Virus record (IMG/VR): IMGVR_UViG_3300044608_000562
Length of the DNA stretch: 20,000 nucleotides
Reading direction: 5' to 3' (one strand)
From: an uncultured virus (IMG/VR IMGVR_UViG_3300044608_000562)
Taxonomy: Duplodnaviria > Heunggongvirae > Uroviricota > Caudoviricetes
The number at the start of each line of letters is the position of its first letter. Within the stretch, counting starts at the first letter, position 1. The position numbers and the translations under genes were made by a program. This document shows positions 15,626-20,000 of this stretch, in pieces. The notes beneath the pieces were generated by a model. That model was given only the letters and a program-made list of their open reading frames with translations, made no database searches and was not told where the DNA came from.

Positions 15626-16306
15626 TTACCCGAGCAGAGCCTTGCGGAACTGCGCGAGAGCCTTCTTCGCACCGTCGTTCGTCGCGACCTTGCGGCCGTC
15701 CGTCCGAGCCTTGCCGAGTTTGGCGATCATCGGCTTGGCGAGACCGTCGATCCATTCCTCGACAGACTGGGCAGCACCGCGACCACCAGACCGCTCGACG
15801 AAGTCAGCCTCGAAGAACCGCCCCCACGCCTTAGTCGCCGTGTTGGTTACCGTCTTGCGGGTAGACTCCACGAACCGCCGAATGCCCATCGGGTTCTCGG
15901 TCAGACTCGGCAACTTGGCGAGGCTAGCGCGATCCATCGCAACCGCGTTGCGCCCCGTCAGATTGAAGTTAGCCGGACGATCCGCGCTCGGCACGTGGAA
16001 CTCATCGTCGCCCGACTTGTGCAGTGGTCGGTCATACTCGGAACCCTCGGTCAGCGAGACAATCGCCGCCGCCATAAACAGGTTTCGCGCTTCCTCGCAC
16101 TGCTCGGACTCGCGATCCAATGCGCCCGTATCGGTACGGGGAAACTCGGCAGTCAGCCTTGCGAACTCGCCCCGATACTTCGCCCACTTGGTGCGATCCG
16201 CGCGGGTATGACCGCCGACCTCGCGACCCAGACCAGAAATCCCATCCGCGACGGACGGGGCCAGAACGGACTTGACGGCGTCCGAAACCGTGTTGGCTTG
16301 TGCCAT
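15626..16306 (-). CDS. Hypothetical protein (226 aa), first gene of the leftward arm
   Basis: GGAG RBS; downstream of an extended -10 promoter; Ala/Arg-rich with a basic C-terminus. Confidence 0.7.
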   Translation of the reverse strand: MAQANTVSDAVKSVLAPSVADGISGLGREVGGHTRADRTKWAKYRGEFARLTAEFPRTDTGALDRESEQCEEARNLFMAAAIVSLTEGSEYDRPLHKSGDDEFHVPSADRPANFNLTGRNAVAMDRASLAKLPSLTENPMGIRRFVESTRKTVTNTATKAWGRFFEADFVERSGGRGAAQSVEEWIDGLAKPMIAKLGKARTDGRKVATNDGAKKALAQFRKALLG

Positions 16307-16377
16307 GGTAGTGATACTCCAAAGAACCCCGCAGGACGCGGCGGGTATCGCGACAGCAGATCGTCTACTGTGATTCC

Positions 16378-16410
16378 ATTATACCACACTCGCTAGTCTG
16401 ACAGTGTCAG
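16378..16410 (-). promoter_or_regulatory. Extended -10 promoter whose -35 position is occupied by a CTGACAnTGTCAG palindrome
   Basis: Minus strand TGGTATAAT (TATAAT = 16378-16383); palindrome 16398-16410 covers the expected -35 hexamer (16401-16406). Confidence 0.65.
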
Positions 16411-16665
16411 AGCAGCGCAGCAGGCAAAAAATGGCGCGAACTCAAGCCCACACGGTGTGCAAGGCCATGGCCTAGCCGACCCCACCGGTAGCCACCCCCG
16501 TCGCTAGGTTTAGGAGTCCCAGCAATCCTCTATACATCCTAATCCACACAAATCACCCCACATTTCTCCAATGTTCGCACCCCACCCCCCTTCATATAGA
16601 AAACCCCCCCTTGATGGAACCTTAAGATTCCTTTATATAACGACACATTACTTGGGTTGAGGCCC

Positions 16666-17259
16666 ATGCAGACACTCGTTCCATACATCGAAGACAACGT
16701 TCCGCTTCCCGCTAACGCGGCTGAAGCGTTGCCGGAGTTGACTCCGGCTGAAGAACTGAGCATGCGGGTACGTACTATAAAACTCGTATCCGATCTGACA
16801 GGCCAGCCCATCATCCCGACTGACGAAGAAAAGGATGCTGCCGAGGAAATGGCTAGAAAAATGATGGAAGACCCTGATGCACGGCCTGAATATGCCCTGC
16901 ACTCTGATGAATTTACTGCGTATTTATCGGGTCTGGTCTACCGTTCTAACGGTGCCATCGTCAAAGAATTGTCTGACCTAAAGAACTACGTCATAAACAA
17001 ACTTGTTTATGAGATAGAACACACTAAAGACAACAAACTTAAGATGCAGGCCGTCGCAAAACTAGGCGAAATTGACGGCGTAGACGCTTTCAAACGGCGT
17101 ACTGAGACTACTCATTTAGTAAAACCGATTGAAGAAGTTGAAAAAGAACTTCTTCAGGTGCTGGAAGGCATCGAGTACAGCGTAGTTGACGATAATAATG
17201 GCGATATAAACCCCGAAGACTACCTGCTACCTGATGAAACTGCCCCAACTAACTCCTGA
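16666..17259 (+). CDS. Putative terminase small subunit
   Basis: Helical ~197 aa ORF directly upstream of and overlapping terL; ATG 16666 with GAGG; the call is largely positional. Confidence 0.6.
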   Translation: MQTLVPYIEDNVPLPANAAEALPELTPAEELSMRVRTIKLVSDLTGQPIIPTDEEKDAAEEMARKMMEDPDARPEYALHSDEFTAYLSGLVYRSNGAIVKELSDLKNYVINKLVYEIEHTKDNKLKMQAVAKLGEIDGVDAFKRRTETTHLVKPIEEVEKELLQVLEGIEYSVVDDNNGDINPEDYLLPDETAPTNS

Positions 17260-18757
17260 AAAACTCAAAGCGTTGCGTATGGCGCTGCCAACGATGCCCG
17301 ATGAGCAGAAACGGCGCACGTTGGAGTTGCTAAGGACGTATCAGGCTGAGCGTACCCGTGCCGTTGGCAAGGATTCCTTCTTGGATTTCATCGCTCACGT
17401 GTATCCCGGCTACAAAGTAGGGCCGCACCACCGAAAATTAGCGGGAATTTTCGAGGATATCGCTGCGGGAAAGCGAAAAAGGGTCATCGTCAACATTGCT
17501 CCGCGTCATGGCAAGAGCGAAATGATCAGTTACCTCGCTCCTGCGTGGTTTTTGGGCAAATATCCGCATAAAAAGGTCATCATGGCCTCTCACACTGCCG
17601 ATTTGGCAGTTAATTTTGGTCGGAGGGTTCGCAATCTTGTGGGGTCAGACCTTTATCACGACATTTTCCCGACTGTGGAACTTCAAGCAGATAGTAAAAG
17701 TGCTTCTCGTTGGGGTACTAACTTTAATGGCGAGTATTTTGCTATTGGTGTTGGTGGTGCTCTGGCCGGTCGCGGCGCTGATCTATTCATTATTGATGAC
17801 CCTCATTCTGAGCAGGAAGCAAAACAAGGCCGAGCCGACGTTTTCGAGCCAGCATGGGAGTGGTTCCAGTCCGGCCCCGTTCAAAGGTTGATGCCGGGCG
17901 GTGCGATCATCGTGGTGATGACCCGTTGGTCAAAGATGGATTTGACCGGCAAGATTACCGACCACATGATCAAAAATGAGGACGCCGATCAGTGGGAAGT
18001 AGTCGAGTTTCCAGCCATTTTGAACGATAGACCGCTATGGCCTGACTTCTGGACACTAGAAGAACTCCTTGCCAAAAAGGCCAGCATGGATGTGCGCTAT
18101 TGGCAGGCACAGTACATGCAGCAGCCGACCTCGGAGGAGGGTGCGCTCATCAAGCGGGAGTGGTGGCAGGTGTGGGAGAAGGAAGACCCGCCGCCATGCG
18201 AGCACCTGATAATGAGCCTTGATGCGGCACAGGAGAAAACTAACCGCTCCGACTTTAACGCCCTGACTACGTGGGGTGTCTTCTTCAACGAGGAGACTAA
18301 GAACTATAACCTGATCCTGCTCAATGCCATCAAGGAGCGCCTTGAGTTCCCTGAGTTAAAGGCGTTGGTGCTGGAGCAGTACAAGGAGTGGAACCCCGAC
18401 TCGTTTATCGTGGAGAAAAAGTCCAACGGGGCGGCGCTATACCAAGAGATGCGCCGGATGGGCGTGCCGCTTAGCGAGTTCACCCCGTCCAAGGGACAAG
18501 ACAAGATCAGCAGAGTAAATGCTGTGTCAGACCTGTTTGCTGCGGGTATAGTCTGGGTGCCTGATAGGCGCTGGGCTTGGGAGGTGGTTGAAGAGTGCAA
18601 CGACTTCCCGTCTGGCACGAACGACGACTTGGTGGACTCGACCACGTTGGCTCTTTTGCGTTTCCGTCAGGGCGGCTTTATACGCCTGCCCACTGACGAG
18701 CCAGAACCGATGAAGTGGTTTAAGAGCCGCAAGAATGCGTCAGCGCGATACTACTAG
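17234..18757 (+). CDS. terL: Terminase large subunit
   Basis: Walker A NIAPRHGKS, Walker B LFIIDDP, VMTRW, YMQQP, RNase H-like nuclease SLD..SD..DDLVDS. Confidence 0.95.
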   Translation: MKLPQLTPEKLKALRMALPTMPDEQKRRTLELLRTYQAERTRAVGKDSFLDFIAHVYPGYKVGPHHRKLAGIFEDIAAGKRKRVIVNIAPRHGKSEMISYLAPAWFLGKYPHKKVIMASHTADLAVNFGRRVRNLVGSDLYHDIFPTVELQADSKSASRWGTNFNGEYFAIGVGGALAGRGADLFIIDDPHSEQEAKQGRADVFEPAWEWFQSGPVQRLMPGGAIIVVMTRWSKMDLTGKITDHMIKNEDADQWEVVEFPAILNDRPLWPDFWTLEELLAKKASMDVRYWQAQYMQQPTSEEGALIKREWWQVWEKEDPPPCEHLIMSLDAAQEKTNRSDFNALTTWGVFFNEETKNYNLILLNAIKERLEFPELKALVLEQYKEWNPDSFIVEKKSNGAALYQEMRRMGVPLSEFTPSKGQDKISRVNAVSDLFAAGIVWVPDRRWAWEVVEECNDFPSGTNDDLVDSTTLALLRFRQGGFIRLPTDEPEPMKWFKSRKNASARYY

Positions 18758-18767
18758 GAGAATCTAA

Positions 18768-20000
18768 ATGGCTGTCGATAAAAGTTTGATGCAGGCTCCG
18801 CAGGGTTTAGAAGCACTTGCTCCCCCTGAGCCGATTGAGATCATGATCGAAGACCCAGAGAGCGTGGCTATCGGCGTTGATGGCATGGTCGTTGAGATGG
18901 TCAAGTCCGAGCCTCGCGCCGAAGACTTTGACGCCAATCTCGCTGACTTCATGAGCGAGGGCGAACTAGGCTCCCTTGCTGGCGAATTGATCGGGCAGTA
19001 CGAGCAGGACTTAGCCTCGCGCAAGGACTGGCTGGATACCTACGTCAAAGGCTTAAAGATTCTGGGTATCCGGTACGAGGAGCGTACTGAGCCTTGGCCC
19101 GGTGCCTGTGGTGTATACCACCCGCTCTTGATGGAGTCAGCCGTCAAGTTCCAGTCCGAGACCATCATGGAGACCTTCCCTGCCGCAGGGCCGGTCAAAG
19201 CCAAGATCGTTGGTAAGGAGACTCCAGAGAAGAAAGACTCGGCTGTGCGTGTCGCTGATGACATGAACTACCAATTGACCGAGGTGATGAAGGAATACCG
19301 CCCAGAGCATGAGCGCATGTTGCTGAGTTTGGCTCTGGCAGGTAACGCGTTCAAGAAGGTCTACTTTGACCCATCGCTTGATCGGCAGACAGCGATCTAT
19401 ATCCCGGCTGAAGACATCATCGTGCCGTACGGCGCGGCCAATTTGGAAGGTGCCGAGCGTGTTACGCATCGCATGCGTAAAACGAAGAACGAACTAATCA
19501 AACTGCAGTACGCAGGCTTCTACCGCGACATCGACTTGGGCGATCCGGTTCGCACGATGGACGAGGTGGAGAAGCAGAAGGCAGAGGATCAAGGCTTCTC
19601 AGCGACGATGGATGATCGGTTCCAGTTGCTTGAGATGCACGTGAACATCGACCTGCCGGGTTATCCCGATGTCGATAAAGACAACAACGAGACAGGCATC
19701 GCACTGCCATACGTAGTGACGATTGAGAAGGGGACGGGGACAGTTCTGGCGATACGCCGCAACTGGCAAGAAGATGACAAACTCAAATCAAAGCGGCAGC
19801 ACTTTGTCCATTACGGATATATCCCCGGCTTTGGCTTTTATTATTTCGGACTTATCCACCTTATCGGCGGGCACTCCAAAGCGGCAACCTCCTTGCTTCG
19901 CCAACTTATCGACGCAGGAACTCTTAGCAACCTTCCGGGTGGTCTCAAATCACGTGGTCTCCGTATCAAGGGAGACGACACCCCCATCGCCCCCGGCGAG
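18768..20000 (+). CDS. Portal protein (podovirus-type); C-terminus runs off the window
   Basis: Not in the ORF track. AGGAG RBS, ATG 18768, open to the edge: MAVDKSL...SRKDWL..PWPGACGVYHPLL..MNYQL..GNAFKKVYFD..GFGFYYFGLIHLIG..LIDAGTLSNLPGG; follows terL. Confidence 0.88.
   Translation, partial: MAVDKSLMQAPQGLEALAPPEPIEIMIEDPESVAIGVDGMVVEMVKSEPRAEDFDANLADFMSEGELGSLAGELIGQYEQDLASRKDWLDTYVKGLKILGIRYEERTEPWPGACGVYHPLLMESAVKFQSETIMETFPAAGPVKAKIVGKETPEKKDSAVRVADDMNYQLTEVMKEYRPEHERMLLSLALAGNAFKKVYFDPSLDRQTAIYIPAEDIIVPYGAANLEGAERVTHRMRKTKNELIKLQYAGFYRDIDLGDPVRTMDEVEKQKAEDQGFSATMDDRFQLLEMHVNIDLPGYPDVDKDNNETGIALPYVVTIEKGTGTVLAIRRNWQEDDKLKSKRQHFVHYGYIPGFGFYYFGLIHLIGGHSKAATSLLRQLIDAGTLSNLPGGLKSRGLRIKGDDTPIAPGE

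Larger units (their letters stand above)
7928..16410. repeat. Dispersed 13-bp palindrome CTGACAnTGTCAG, 10 copies
   Basis: Perfect copies start at 10139, 10966, 11854, 13648, 14458, 15134, 15577, 16398; single-mismatch copies at 7928 and 12787. None noticed outside this interval. Confidence 0.95.

Noticed and set aside
15345..16396. Alternative overlapping ORFs (15345-15755, 15621-16211, 15995-16396, 16032-16322)
   Set aside because: GC-rich frame shadows; 15626-16306 and 15392-15562 have RBSs and fit the promoter and terminator.
7928..16410. Palindromic repeats as a CRISPR array or integron attC sites
   Set aside because: Repeats are only 13 bp, separated by hundreds of bases of coding DNA, with no cas or integrase gene and no RYYYAAC/GTTRRRY attC ends.
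14420..16660. tRNA or known ncRNA in the intergenic stretches
   Set aside because: No cloverleaf or T-loop in a suitable context recognised by eye; a covariance-model search was not possible.
18097..19710. Minus-strand ORFs within terL and portal
   Set aside because: Antisense to clearly conserved packaging genes.

Overview
This window is a fragment of a tailed dsDNA phage (Caudoviricetes, probably podovirus-like), spanning the divergent junction of two arms. The leftward (- strand) arm, 16.3 kb to 1, has small early genes, a DUF3150-like / MoxR-type AAA+ ATPase / vWA-metallopeptidase cluster, VRR-NUC, HTH-DUF3310, a ParB-like protein, a methyltransferase + TPR-GT9-GT8 fusion + CDI-like glycosyltransferase module, and a family A DNA polymerase (Leu762 type, cut by the window edge). 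The rightward (+ strand) arm from 16.66 kb has a putative small terminase, the large terminase and the portal (cut by the edge). The most striking non-coding signal is a 13-bp palindrome, CTGACAnTGTCAG, found in 10 copies (8 perfect), all between 7.9 and 16.4 kb. Nine of them form a roughly 0.8-0.9 kb ladder that ignores gene boundaries. There is also a mirror-symmetric origin-like region at 14.75-15.13 kb made of TGTTCC iterons and two inverted IHF-consensus sites, followed by two further short tandem-repeat blocks. All protein family calls come from motif recognition by eye; no searches were run.
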